A stretch of DNA of 64,000 nt from the human T2T-CHM13v2.0 reference genome, Homo sapiens. The DNA is taken from NCBI RefSeq assembly GCF_009914755.1, contig NC_060931.1; one strand, given 5' to 3'. Made by a program: the position numbers and the translations under genes. Shown here one piece after another: positions 14,640 through 27,400 of the stretch. The notes beneath the pieces were generated by a model. That model made no database searches. It was not told the origin of the DNA and saw only the letters and a program-made list of their open reading frames with translations. Each line of letters begins with the position of its first letter. Within the stretch, counting starts at the first letter, position 1.

Positions 14640-17546
14640 TAGTTACATGGTCAATAGAAATAACCTTTGGTTATAACCCTTTGGTCAATAGAAACAATCC
14701 TTGCCTCTGCAATTTTTCTGTCCACTCAGTTAATATTAATACTTCTACCATTTATGCTGGTTTTTATTTGGCAAACTTTTATATATTCTTATATTTTTAA
14801 CATTCGTGCAGAATTTTGTTTTACATATATCTCTTCTAGGCAGAATATATTTTTAAATTTTTTAAATTTTTAATTTTTGTTGGTATATAGTAGAGATATA
14901 TATTTATGAGTGTATATATTTATAGAATACATGAGATATTTGATACAGGCATTCAATGTGCAATAATCATATCAGGGTAAATGGGGTATCCATCACCTCA
15001 GGCATTTAACCTTTCTTTATGTTACAAACAATCCAATTATACTCTTTTAGTTATTTGAAAATGTATGATAAATTATTGTTGACTGTAGCCACCCTGTTAT
15101 GTTATCAAATACCAAATCTTATTCATTCTATCTAGCTATATTTTTGTGCCCATTAACCATCCCCATTTCCCTCTCCACCATTACCCTTCACAGCCTTAGG
15201 TAACTTCATTCTGTTCTCTGTTACCATGAATTCAATTGTTTTAATTTTTAGCTTCCACAAATAAGTGATAACATTCTATGTTTGTCTTTCTGTGCCTGGC
15301 TTATTACACTTAATATAATGACCTCCAATTCCATCCATGTTTTTGCAAATGATAGAATCTCATTCTTTTTTATGGCTTCATTGTAAATATGTACCACATT
15401 TTCTTTATTCATTCATCTGTTGATGGACGCTTAGGTTACTTTGAAATCTTCACTATTATGAATAATATTGCAGTAAACATGAGAGTGAAGATGTCTCTTC
15501 GATATACTGATTTCCTTTCTTTGGGGATATACCTAGCAGTGAGTTGTCTGGATTATATGGTAGCTCTATTTTAATTTTTTTGAGGATCCTCCAAACTGTT
15601 CTCCATAGTGGTTGTACTAATTTACATTACAACGTTTGAACCAACAGTGTACAAGGGTTCACTTTTCTCCACATGCTCTCCAGCATTTTGTATTGCTTGC
15701 TTTTTGGATATAAGGCATTTTAATTGGGGTGAGATGGTATCTTATTGTAGTTTTAATTTGCATTTTTCTAGTGATCAGTGATGCAGAGCACATTTTCTTA
15801 TGGCTGTTTGGCATTTTTATATCATTTTTAAAGAAATATCTATTCAAATATTGTGTCCCTTTTTAATCAGGTTTGTAGATCCTTTTCCTGTAAGGTTGTT
15901 TGTACTCATATATTCTGGTTATTAATCTGTTGTCAGATGGATAGTTTGCAAAGATTTTCTCCCACTCTGTGGGTTGTCACATCACTTTGCTGACTGTTTC
16001 CTTTGCAGTGCAGAAGCTTTTTAAATTGATGTGATCCTATTTGTCAATTTTTGCTTTGGTTGCCTGTACCCATGGGGTATTACTCAACAAGTCTTTGCCC
16101 AGTCCCATATAATGGAGAGATTCCTTAACGTTTTCTTTTAGTAGTTTCATAGCTTGAGGTCTTATATTTAGGTCTTTAATGCACTTTCATTTGATTTTTG
16201 TATATGTTGAGAGACAGGGGTCTAGTTTCATTCTTCTGCATATGGATATCCAGTTTTCCCAGCACCATTTATTGAAGAAACTGTCATTTCCGCAGTGTAT
16301 GTTCTTGGCACCTTTGTCAAAAATGAGTTAACTGTAGATGATGGATTTGTTTCTGAGTTCTCTTTTCTGTTCTCTTTTCTGGAACAGAAAACTACTTCTA
16401 GATGAATATTGGCGGAAAAATCCTCGACAAAGTATTTGCAAACCAAATTCAAAAATAAAATAAAAGATCAGTGGAAGAGAAAAGGAAACCCAAAAACAAA
16501 TCCATACATCTACAGTGAACATTAACCATTCTGTTGGATAATACCATGCTGTTTTCATGTTAATACCATGCTGTTTTTGTTACTATAGCTATATAGAATA
16601 ATTTGAGGTCAGGTAATGTGATTCCTCCAGTTTTGCTTGTTTTTTTTTTTTTTGCTTTGCTTTTGTTCAAGATAGCTTTGACTATTCTGGGTCTTTTGTG
16701 GTTCCACGTAAATTTTAGGATTGTTTTTTGTATTTTGTGAAGAATGTAATTGGTATTTTAATAGGGATTGCATTGAATTTGTAGATTGCTTTGGATAGTA
16801 TGGGCATTTTAACAATATTGATTATTTTAATCCGTGAACATGGTGTCCTGTTCAATTTCCTTTTTCAAAGTTTTGTAGTTTTCATTGTAGAGATTTTTCA
16901 CTTCTTTAGTTAATTCCCAGTTATTTTATTTTATTTGTAGCTACTGTAAACGGGATTACTTTCTTGATTTCTTTTTCAGATTGTTTGTTGTTGGCTACAG
17001 ACATGCTACTGATTTGTGTATGTTGATTGTGTATCCTGCAACTTTACTGAATTAGTTTATTCTCATAGATTTTTGGTGGAGACTTTAGGTTTTTCCAAAT
17101 ATAAGACTATATCATCTGCAAACAAGGATAATTTTATGTCTTCCTTTTCATTTTGGATACCCTTTATTTCTTTCTCTTGTCTGATTGCTTTAGCTAGGAC
17201 TTCGAGAAATATGTTGAATACCAGTGGTGAAAGTGGGCATGCTTGTCATGTTCCAGATCTTAGAGGAGAGGCTTTCAGTTTTTCCCTATTTAGTATGATA
17301 CTAGCCGTGGGTCTGTTGTATATGGATTTTATTGTGTTAGGGTATGTTTCTTCTATAGCCAATTTTTTAAGAGTTTTTATTCTGAAGCGATGTTGGATTT
17401 TATCAAATGATTTTTCAGCATCAATTGAAATGATCATATGGTTTTTGTCCTTCTTTCTGTTGATATGATGTATCACATTGATTGATTTACATATGTTGAA
17501 CCATCTTTGCATCCTAGTATAAATCCCACTTGGTTATGGTGAATGA

Positions 17547-17842
17547 TTTTTTTTTTTTTTTGAGACAGAGTCTTGCTCTGTCACCCAGGCTGGAGTGCAG
17601 TGGCACGATCTTGGCTCACTACAAGCTCCGCCTCCCAGGTTCACACCATCCTCCTGCTTCAGCCTCCTGAGTAGCGGGGAATACAGGAGCATGCCGCCAC
17701 GCCCAGCTAATTTTTTGTATTTTTAGTAGAGACGGGTTTTCACCGTGTTAGCTAGGATGGTCTCCATCTCCTGACTTGGTGATCCACCTGCCTAGGCCTC
17801 CCAAAGTGCTGGGATTACAGGCGTGAGCCACTGCGCCTGGCC
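17547..17842 (-). mobile_element. AluY inside L1 ORF2
   Basis: AluY features (caagctccgcc, accgtgttagc). TSD-like GAATGATTTTT / GCATGATCTTTT. Confidence 0.93.
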
Positions 17843-20430
17843 GCATGATCTTTTTAATGTATGTTTGAATTTGGTTTGCAAATATTTTGTTGAGGATTTT
17901 TGTGCCAATATTCATCTAGAAGTAGTTGTTTTGTTCAATGTTCTTCCTTTGGTTTTGATATCAGGGTAATACTGGACTCATTAAGTGAGTTTTGAAGTAT
18001 TCCCTCCTCCTTTCTTTTATGAATGCTTGGTAAAATTTGTCAGTGAAGCCATCAGGTCCTGGGCTTTTCTTTCCTGTGAGACTTTTTATTGTGGGTTTGA
18101 TCTTGTTATTGGTCCATTCAGTTTTTGGATTTCTTCGTGGTTCAATCTTTGTACGTTGTTTATGTCTAGGAAATTATCCATTTCTTCTAGGTTTTCCAAT
18201 TTATTGCAATATAGTTGCTCATGGAAGTCTCTAGTGATGCTTTGAATTTCTGCAGTATCAGTTGTATTATAATGTCTCCTTTTTCATCTCTGATTTTATT
18301 TATTATAATCTTCTCTCTTTTTTTTTAGTCTGCCTAAAAGTTTGTCAATTTTGTTTATTTTTTCAAAAAAACTTTGTTTCATCAGTCTTTTGAATTGTTT
18401 TCTTCATTTCAAATTCATTTATTTCTACTCTGATTTTTATTATTTCTTCTACTAATTTTTGCTTTGGATTGCTTTTGTTTTTCTAGTTCTTTAAGGTGCA
18501 TGGTTAGGTTATTAATTTGAAGTTATTTTTCTTTTCTCATGTAGATATTTGTAGCTATAAACTTCCCTCTTACTACTGCTTTTACTGTATCTCATAGGTT
18601 TTAGTATGTTGTGTTTCCAATGTCATTGGTTTTAAGAAAATTTACAATTTTTTTCTTAATTTCTTCATTGACCCACAGGTCATTCAGGAGCATATTGTTT
18701 AACTTCCATTTGTTTTTATAATTTCCAAAATCCTTTTGTTATTGTTTTCAGGTTTTATTCCATTGCAGTCAGCGAAGATATTGGATGTAATTTCATTTTT
18801 TTTTTGAATTTTTTAAGACTTACTTTGTGGCCTGACGTATGGTCTGTCCTTGAGAATGATCCATGTACTGAGGAAAGCATGTGTGCTCTGCACACATTGA
18901 TGAAATGTTCTGTAAATATCTATTAGGTCCATTTGGCCTATAGTGCAGACTGAGTCTGATGTTTCCTTGTTGATTCTCTGTCTGGATGATCTGTCTCATG
19001 CTGAAAATCAAGTGTTGAAGTTTCCAGCTATTATTGTATTGGGATCTATGTCCCTCTTTAGCTCTAACAATATTTGCTTTATATATCTGGGTGCTCTAGT
19101 GTTGGGTGCATATATATATTTACAATTGCTATATCCTCTTGCTGAATTGATTCCTTTATCATTATATAATGACTTTCTTTGTCTCTTCTTAATAGTGTTT
19201 TTAATCTATTTTGTCTGATATAAGTATAGCTACTGCTGCTCTTTTTTTTTTTTTTTTTTTTGGTTTCCCTTGGCATGGAATATCTTTTTCCAGTCCATTA
19301 TTTTCAGTCTCCGTGTGTCTTTATAGGTGAAGTGTATTTCTTTCGGGTAATGAATTGTTGGGTCTTGTGTTTGTGTCCATTCATTCATTCTATGACTTTT
19401 GATCGGAGAGTTTAGTCCATTTACATTCAATATTGTTATTGATATGTAAGGACTTACTCTTGCCATTTTGTTATTTGTTTTTTGGTTGCTTTGTGGTCTG
19501 CTTTTCCTTCTTTCATTCCTTCCTGTCTTTCTTTCAGTAAAGGTGATCTTCTCTGGTTGTATGTTTTAATTTTTTCCTTTTTACTTTTTTTTTTGCGTCT
19601 GTTGTTTGATTTTTTATTTGAAGTTACCATGGGGTTTGCAAATAATATAAGCCATTATTTTATACTGATGACAATGAATTATTGCATGAACAAATAAACA
19701 AACTAAAAAACAAGCAAAGATACAACTAATAAAAACTCTACACTTTAACTTGGTCCCGCTGCTTTTTTAAAAAACTCTTTATTGTTTGTATTTATATTTT
19801 ACTGTATTGACTATGTGTTGAAGAATTGCTGTAGTTATTTTTTTGATAGGTTCATATTTCGGTATTTTTACTCAAGATATAAGTAGTTTGCACACTACAA
19901 TTACTGTGTTATAATATTCTGTGTTTTACTGTGTACTTACTATTACCGGTGAGTTTTATGTGTTCAGGTGGTTCCTTATTGTTCATTAACATCCTTTTCT
20001 TTCAGATTGAAGAACTCCCTTTTGCATTTCTTGTAGGACAGGTCTGGTGTTGATAATGGCCCTCAGCTTTTGTTTGGAAAAGACCTTATTTTTCTTTTAC
20101 ATTTCAAGGATATTTTTCCTGGATGTGCTATTCTAGGATAACAATTTTTATTCTTCAGTACTTTAAATATGTCATGCCTCTCTCCCTTCTGGCCTGTAAG
20201 GTTTCTACTGAAAAGTCTGCTGCCAGCCATATTAGAGCTCCATTGTATGTTGTTTCTTTTTTCTTGCTGCTTTTAGAATCCTTTCTTTATCCTTGGGAGT
20301 TTGATTGTTAAATGTCTTGACGTAGTCTTCTTTAGTTTAAATCTGCTTGTTGTTCTATAATCTTCTTGTACTTGAATGTTATATCTTTCTCTGGGTTTGG
20401 GAAGTGTTTTTTGTTGTCCCTTTGAATAAA

Positions 20431-20433
<3 letters not shown>

Positions 20434-20466
<33 letters not shown>
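20434..20466. repeat. (TC)n microsatellite
   Basis: About 16 TC units. Confidence 0.95.
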
Positions 20467-20470
<4 letters not shown>

Positions 20471-20490
20471 GCTCTTTAAGACTAATAACT

Positions 20491-20798
<308 letters not shown>

Positions 20799-23329
20799 AC
20801 GAATAACTCTTGTATTTACGCTTCATTCTTTTTATCCTTTTTTCTTTTGTGTCTTCTGGCTGTATATTTTCAAATAACCTGTCTTCAAGCTCACTGATTC
20901 TTTATTCTGCTTTATTAATTCTGCTGTTAAGAGATTCTGGTGCATTCCTCAATATGTAAATTGCACTTTTCAACTTCAGAATTTCTGTTTGATTCTTCTA
21001 AATTATTTCAATCTTGTCGTTCAATTTATCTAATACCAATCTGAATTCCTTCTCTGTGTTATCTTGAATTTCTCTGAGTTTCCTTAAAACAGCTATTTTG
21101 AATTCTCTGTCTGAAAAGTCACAAATCTCTGTTTCTCCAGGAGGTTACTGGTGCCTTATTTAGTTCATTTGGTAAGGCCATATTTTTCTTTTGGGTATTC
21201 ATTAGTGTCTGGGCATTGAAGAGTTAAGCATATATTGTAGTCTTTGCAGTCTGGGCTTGTTTGTAACTATTCTTCGTGTCAAGACTTTACGGGTATTTCA
21301 AGAAACCTGGGTGTTGTGACCTAAGTTTTTTGTCATTGCAGCCATATTTGCATGAGGGAGCACCCTAAGCCCAGTAACGCTGTGGTTCTTATAGACTCAT
21401 AGAGGTACCACCTTGGTTGTCTTGGATAAGATGTGGAAGAATTCTCTGGATTACCAGCAGAGAGTATTGCTTTCTTTTCTTACTTTCTCCCAAACAAATG
21501 GAGTCTCTCTCTGTGCTGAGCTGCCGGAGCTGTGGGAGGGGTGACACAAGCACACCTGTGGCCACCACCACTGGGAGTGTGCTGGATCAGATCTGAAGCC
21601 AACACAGGACTGGGTCTTATCCAAGGCCTGCGGTAATCACTGCCTGGTGACCACTTATGTTCACTCAAGGTACTGGGTCTCTACAATCAACAGGTGGCAA
21701 AGCCCAGCCAGCCTTGTGTCCTTCCTTTCAGGGCAGAGAGTTCCCCCAGCCCTGGACAGGTCTAGCGGTGCCATCTTGGAGCTAGTGCCTGGGGTTGGAA
21801 ACCTTAGGGATCTATCTGATGCTGTAATCTACTGTGGCTCAGCTGGCGTAAAAACCTCAAGATAAAGTTCTTATGACTCTTCCCTCCCATTTCCACAAGC
21901 AGAGGCGTCTCTCCCCATGGCCACCATCACCCAAGGCCTGTGGCAAGAACTGCCCAGCTGTCACTGATGTTCACTCTTCAGTCAGCTTTTAGTGAATGAT
22001 TCTCTTCCTGGGACTCTCCCTTCAGGGAAGTGGGCTCCCCTCTGACCCAGGGAAGGTCCAAAAATACCATGCAAGAGCCAAGACCTGGAAATGGGGACCC
22101 CAAGAACGTGTCTGATGCCTTACACCACTGTGGCTGCACTGGGTACCTAAGCTGCAAGGCAAAGTCCCCTTTACTCTTCCCTCTGTTTTTCTCAAGCAGA
22201 AGGAGTCTCTCCACATATCCACCACAGCTGGGATTGTGCTGGGTCATATCTGAAGCTAGCACACATCTAAGTCTCATCCAAGGCCCACAGTGAGTATTGC
22301 CCGACTACCACTGCTGATTATTTAAAGTCGAAGGGCTCTTCAGTCATCAGATGATTAATCCTGCCAGGACTGGATCCTTCCCTTCAAGGCAGAGGGTTCC
22401 CTTCTGACCCAGGGTATGTCTAGAAATGTTTTCCAGGAGCAAGGGCCTGGAATGGGAGCCTCAGAACTCTGCCTGGCACCCTCTTCTACTGTGGCTGAGC
22501 TGGTGTCCAAGTTGCAAGACAAAGTCCACTTTACTGTCCCCCCCCTTTCCTCAAGCAGAGGGAAGGAGTCTCTCTCAGAGCTGTGAGCTACTTCCCTGGG
22601 GTTAGGGGAAGGGTGATGCAAGCACTTCTTTGGCCACCCCAGTTGGTGTTTCACAGGGTCATGTACCCCCAAGTCCACTGGCTCCAAGTCCAGCACAGTA
22701 CCAGGACTTTTCCAGGAATTGCAGTCTTTGTGGCCTAGACTACCTCTCCAGTTTATATGGGACTCAAGAGCATTTTCCCTGTGGTGGCAAGGCTTGCTAG
22801 AAGTGAGGTTCCTATTGTTGAGATGGGTGATTCCCCTCTGGCTAGGCTGTTCTAAATGCTCCCTCTGTGGACAACAGCTGAGTTCTGTCTGGTGTTGCTT
22901 TCCACCCTGACAGGGCAGCACTAACTTCCAAGACAAAGTCCCATAATCACTACAGTCTTCCTCCCCTAAGTGCACAGATTCTGATTCTCTGTCTACACCA
23001 CATGGCTGCTGCCAGGGGGTGGGGAAGGGGTAGCATCGGCAATTCAAGACGGTCTTTGCTATCTTCTTCAGTGCTTCTTTCAGTGATACGAAGCTAAAAC
23101 CAGGTACTGTGATTAATCACCTGATTTTTGATTCTCATAAAGGTGCTTTTTTCTGTAGGTAGTTGTTCAATTTGGTGTTTCTGTGGGGAGAATGATTGGT
23201 GGAATCTTCAATCGAGACATCTTGCTCCACCTCCTCCTCCTATTCCTTTAATCTTTAAACCAAATCAGACAAATCAATTTTTAAATAAATTTAAATGAAT
23301 CATATACATTGATATAACAGATTCCTGTT

Positions 23330-23887
23330 GTACTAGTTTTCAATCACTGAGTAACAAATTACTGCACACATAATGGCTTAAAACAATACCAATTTATGAT
23401 CTCACTATTATGTAGTTATAAGGTCAGGAATGGAGTGACTGAATTCTCTGTTCACTGTTGAGCTGGTTATGTTTTCATTTGAAGATCAGGGTACTCCTCC
23501 AAACTCATTCACATTGTTGGCAGAGTTCAGTTCCTTAATGGGTATCTGCTAAGGTGTCACTTTCGTCTCTTTAAGGGTCCTCTAGGTCCCTTGCCACATG
23601 ACCCTCTTTCTCTTCAAAGACAGCAATGGGGAACTTCTTGCATATCAAATACCCATTCTCAAATTTGAAACTCTTCTTTACGAACAGAGCTCAACTACCT
23701 AGGTTAAGCCCACTGAGGATAATCTGCCCTTATTAAGGTCAGCTGTGCCAGGTATCATAACCCAGTCATGGAAGAGACTATTCCATCACATTCACAAAGC
23801 CTGTCCACCATCAATGGAGGGGTTTATACAGAGGTGCACACTGAAAGGCGGGTATAATGGGAACATCTTAGAATTATGCCTAGCACA
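23330..23887 (-). mobile_element. MLT1 LTR (MLT1E/F-like)
   Basis: taacaaattac...ggcttaaaacaa...catcttagaattatgcctagcaca. Confidence 0.75.
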
Positions 23888-24009
23888 GTTGTCTTTACTT
23901 TTGTAATCTTACTTTACAATGTATTTGGCCCTCTTAATTTTTTTCTAAAGAAATTTTACTTTATTAAAAACCTTTATACTATAAAGATAGTTTGAACAGT
24001 GGTCAAGAG

Positions 24010-24240
24010 TACGATGATCAAGGGCATAATTTTAGAGCCATTATTTAGACTTAAATCATAGCTCTTACTACTTATGTGAAATGGGGCAAGTTATTTAACC
24101 ACTCTTGCCTCAGTGTCTCATCTGTAAATGAGAATAGTATTACCTGCTCCATAGGGCTGTTTTGATGACTAAGTGAATTAATATGCACAAGACACACACA
24201 ATACAGTCCAAAAGAATAACAGTTATTAAGTGTTAGCTGT
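24010..24240 (+). mobile_element. MIR
   Basis: gggcaagttatttaaccactcttgcctcagtgtctcatctgtaaatg core. Confidence 0.8.
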
Positions 24241-24459
24241 TAGTATTTATCTTTCACAGTTACCTGGAAGATATTAATTCTGTTTTGTAATCTACTAGAT
24301 TTCAGTTATACACTGAAGCTATGTTTATCTAGCTACCCATACATGCATTTGCTATTATGGATGTCCTAGTCTTTATTAATATTCTATTGCATTAATATTA
24401 ACATTTTTATTAATAGAATTAATATCAATGTTGGTATTCTATTTTATATCATGGCTCTA

Positions 24460-25780
24460 TGACAGAAAAATTGAAGAAAGTGGAGGTGCCTGCAAAGTTG
24501 TCTATACAGAAAGGAGAGGCAAAGGGAATACAAACTCCTGAGATGAGAGATGGCTAGATGTGTCCTGAGCAATAGCAAATTTGTCCAGTTTGTGGCTGGA
24601 AGTGAACAAGGAGGGAGTGGTAAGAGATAAGATCAGAGAGAGATCTTATTTGTCTAGATCATGTAGGGTCTTGTACTTTAGTTTTCACTCAGAGGAAGCT
24701 AGAAAGCCATTGAAGGTTTTAAAGCAAACATGACGTAATCTGTATTTTGTTTTAAAAAGAAAACGATCATTACTGTATCACACTACATTGAAACAAAGGT
24801 AAGAGAAGCAGCCCAGATAGTTGAAGTGGATCATGACAGTAGCTTAGACTAGAGTAGTAGATATGGGGGTAGTTAGAATTAGATTATCTTGAACTATTAG
24901 ATTCTGGATATTTGAAGAAAAAGTTGAGAGTATTTATAGTTAGTTGTATATAGTTATGAGGAAAAGCAAGAATTAAGTTATGCCTATAAATGTTTTGATC
25001 TCAGAAATCAGAAAAAAAATAGAATTGCCATTTACTGACATATAGGACTATGAGAGGAAAAGATATGGAAGAGATCAAGAGTCAGTTTTAAACATGTTGC
25101 CTCTTAGTTGCCTAGCTGAAGATGTTAAGAAAACAATTTGGGAGGCTGAGGCAGAAGAATGGCGTGAACCCGGGAGGCAGAGCTTGCAGTGAGCCGAGAT
25201 CCCGCCACTGCACTCCAGCCTGGGCGACAGAGCGAGACTCCGTCTCAAAAAAAAAAAAAAAAAAAAAAAAAAAGAAAACAATTTGAACATATTCATTTAG
25301 AGTTCACAAGTCAGGTTTGGCTTGGTGATGCAAGTTAGCAATTTTTCAGGAGATTGACAGTATTTGTGGTTATGAGTTTACATGAGATCTCTTAGGGAGT
25401 GAACATAGATAAAGAGGACATGAGTACAGGAAAAGAGTCCTAAGGAATATCAATGTTGCAGATAATGAAGGAAGAGAGAAAGAAAGGGGACAAATGCGGG
25501 AGTTATGCCTCTGAGTAGACAATAAGTGGATGGTATCGGTGAATAGTGCATGATATCCAGTAAACTCAGGAACATCTGAGTTTAGATAGGAGAATTAACA
25601 GTTCATTATACTGCTGGACAAAATTCCTACCCACTGGGGTAGGTTGTTCCCATAACACTTGGGAATAGAGTGGGGAAGAGAGAGAGAGAAAGAGAGAGAT
25701 GAGATTGGAACAGAGGGTGGGAGAGAGAGATTGGGAGAGGAGGGAAAGGGAGGAGGGAGAGAGAATATGAACAAGTAGTA
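24460..25780 (-). mobile_element. L2 fragment
   Basis: Purine-rich L2 antisense motifs (gaaagccattgaaggttttaaagca, gaattgccatttactga, agagtcagttttaaacatgtt). Confidence 0.7.
25141..25271 (+). mobile_element. 5'-truncated AluY (right arm only)
   Basis: Right monomer plus a pure poly-A. Perfect 14-bp TSD AAGAAAACAATTTG at 25127-25140 and 25272-25285. Confidence 0.95.
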
Positions 25781-25863
25781 AATTAGGGATGGCCCCATGT
25801 GTTTCAAATGTGAAATTGTAATAGAAAATATTGTTATATTTTGAATTTTTATGTGTTATGATA

Positions 25864-26020
25864 CAGGATTTGGCCAACAGTAACCCATGGTCCCATTCTG
25901 GACAGCTGCTTGTTTTTGTAAATAGTTTTATTAAAATGCAGTGGCACTCATTCTTTTATGCATTGTCTAGGGCTGCTTTCATCCTGCAGCAGAATTCAGT
26001 AGTTGCAATAAAGACCATAT
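25864..26020 (+). mobile_element. MER58A (hAT-Charlie) 5' part; probable 3' end at about 27410-27446
   Basis: gtttttgtaaatagttttatt...cattgtctagggctgctttc...gtagttgcaataaagaccatat resembles MER58A. Confidence 0.75.
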
Positions 26021-27210
26021 GCAAAGGAACAAAACTGGACCCTTGCTTTCACCACATACAAACGTTAACTTAAGAGGGATTAAAGATGTAAATGTAAGAC
26101 CTCAAACTACAAGAATCCTAGAAGAACACCTAGTGAACATCATTCTGGACATCGGCCTTGGGAAATAATTTATGACTAAGTCCTCAAAAGCAATTGTAAT
26201 AAAAATTAAAACTGAAAAATGAAACCTAATTAAACTCAAGAGCTTCAGCACAGCAAAATAAACTATTAAGAGAGTAAAAATATACCCTACAGACTGAGAG
26301 AAAATATTCACAAACTGTGCATCCAACAAAGGACCAATATCCAGAGTCTGTAAAGAATTTAAGCAATTGAACAAGCAAAAAAAATAATAATCCCATTAAA
26401 AATTGGGCAATAGACATGAACAAACACTCCTCAAAGGAAGACTGGCAAGTGGTCAATAAACATATAAAACATGCCCAACACCACTAATCATCAGAGAAAT
26501 GTATTTCAAAATCACAGTGAGATACCATCTCACACCAGTCAGAATGACTTTATCAAAAAGTCAAAAAACAACAGGTGTTGGCCAGGCTAAGGAGAAAAGG
26601 GAATGCTTATACACTGTTGGTGGGAATGTAAATTAGTTCCACTACTGTGGAAAGCAGTTTGGAGACTTCTCAAAGAACTTACAACAGAATTACTCTCTGA
26701 CCCAGCAATCCCATTACTGGGTATATATACAAAAGAAAATAAATTATTCTACTAAAATGACACGTGCACTCATACATTCATCACGGCACTTTCACAATAG
26801 TAAAGACATGGAATCAACCTAGGTGCCCATTGTTGGTGGATTGAATGAAGAAAATCTGGTACATATACACCATGAATTACTAAGTAGCCATAAAAAAAGA
26901 ATAAATTACGTCCTTTGCAGTAACATGGATGTAGCTGGAGGTCATTATCCTAAGGAAATTAACACAGGAACAGAAAACCAAATACTGTGCCTTTTCACTT
27001 ATAAGCGGGAGCTAAACATTGAGTACTTATATACATAAATATGGCAACAATAGACACTTCGGGCTTCTCGAATTGGGAGGGAGGGAGGGGTTGAGTACTA
27101 TGCTCACTACCTGAGTGATGGATCATTTTTACCCCAACCCTCAGCATCACACAATATACCTACATAACAAGCCTGCACATGTATCCCTGAATCTAAAACA
27201 AAAGTTGAGA
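26015..27210 (+). mobile_element. 5'-truncated L1 (L1PA15-16/L1PB-like), ORF2 end and 3' UTR
   Basis: gagataccatctcacaccagtcagaatg, cccagcaatcccattactgggtatata, ending cctgaatctaaaacaaaagttga. Confidence 0.9.
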
Positions 27211-27217
27211 ATACAAT

Positions 27218-27400
27218 TATCCATTCATCTGTTTATGACATTTGGGTTGTTTCTACATCTTGGCTGTTGTGAATATTGATGCGGCTTCAGATGTCTCTTT
27301 AAGATCCTGATTTCAATTCTTTTGGATGGATATTCAGAAGTGTGATGCTAGATCATATGGTAGTGGTAATTCTACTAATTTTTTTGAGAAAACTCCATAT
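27218..27400 (-). mobile_element. L1MA/MB fragment
   Basis: ttatccattcatctg...gatcctgatttcaattcttttgga...gatcatatggtag. Confidence 0.75.

Noticed and set aside
14648-14694. Short local tandem duplications (also about 39500-39550, 41636-41685 and 51697-51736)
   Set aside because: Two-copy slippage events of 13-25 bp without regular spacers. They are not CRISPR-like and are common in mammalian DNA.
15389-19466. ORFs resembling reverse transcriptase and endonuclease
   Set aside because: These are fragments of the dead L1 ORF2 with many stops and frameshifts, not a functional gene or novel retro-system.
22355-23047. 230-aa minus-strand ORF
   Set aside because: It lies wholly within the L1MA 5' UTR, has a non-ATG start, and is probably open by chance.
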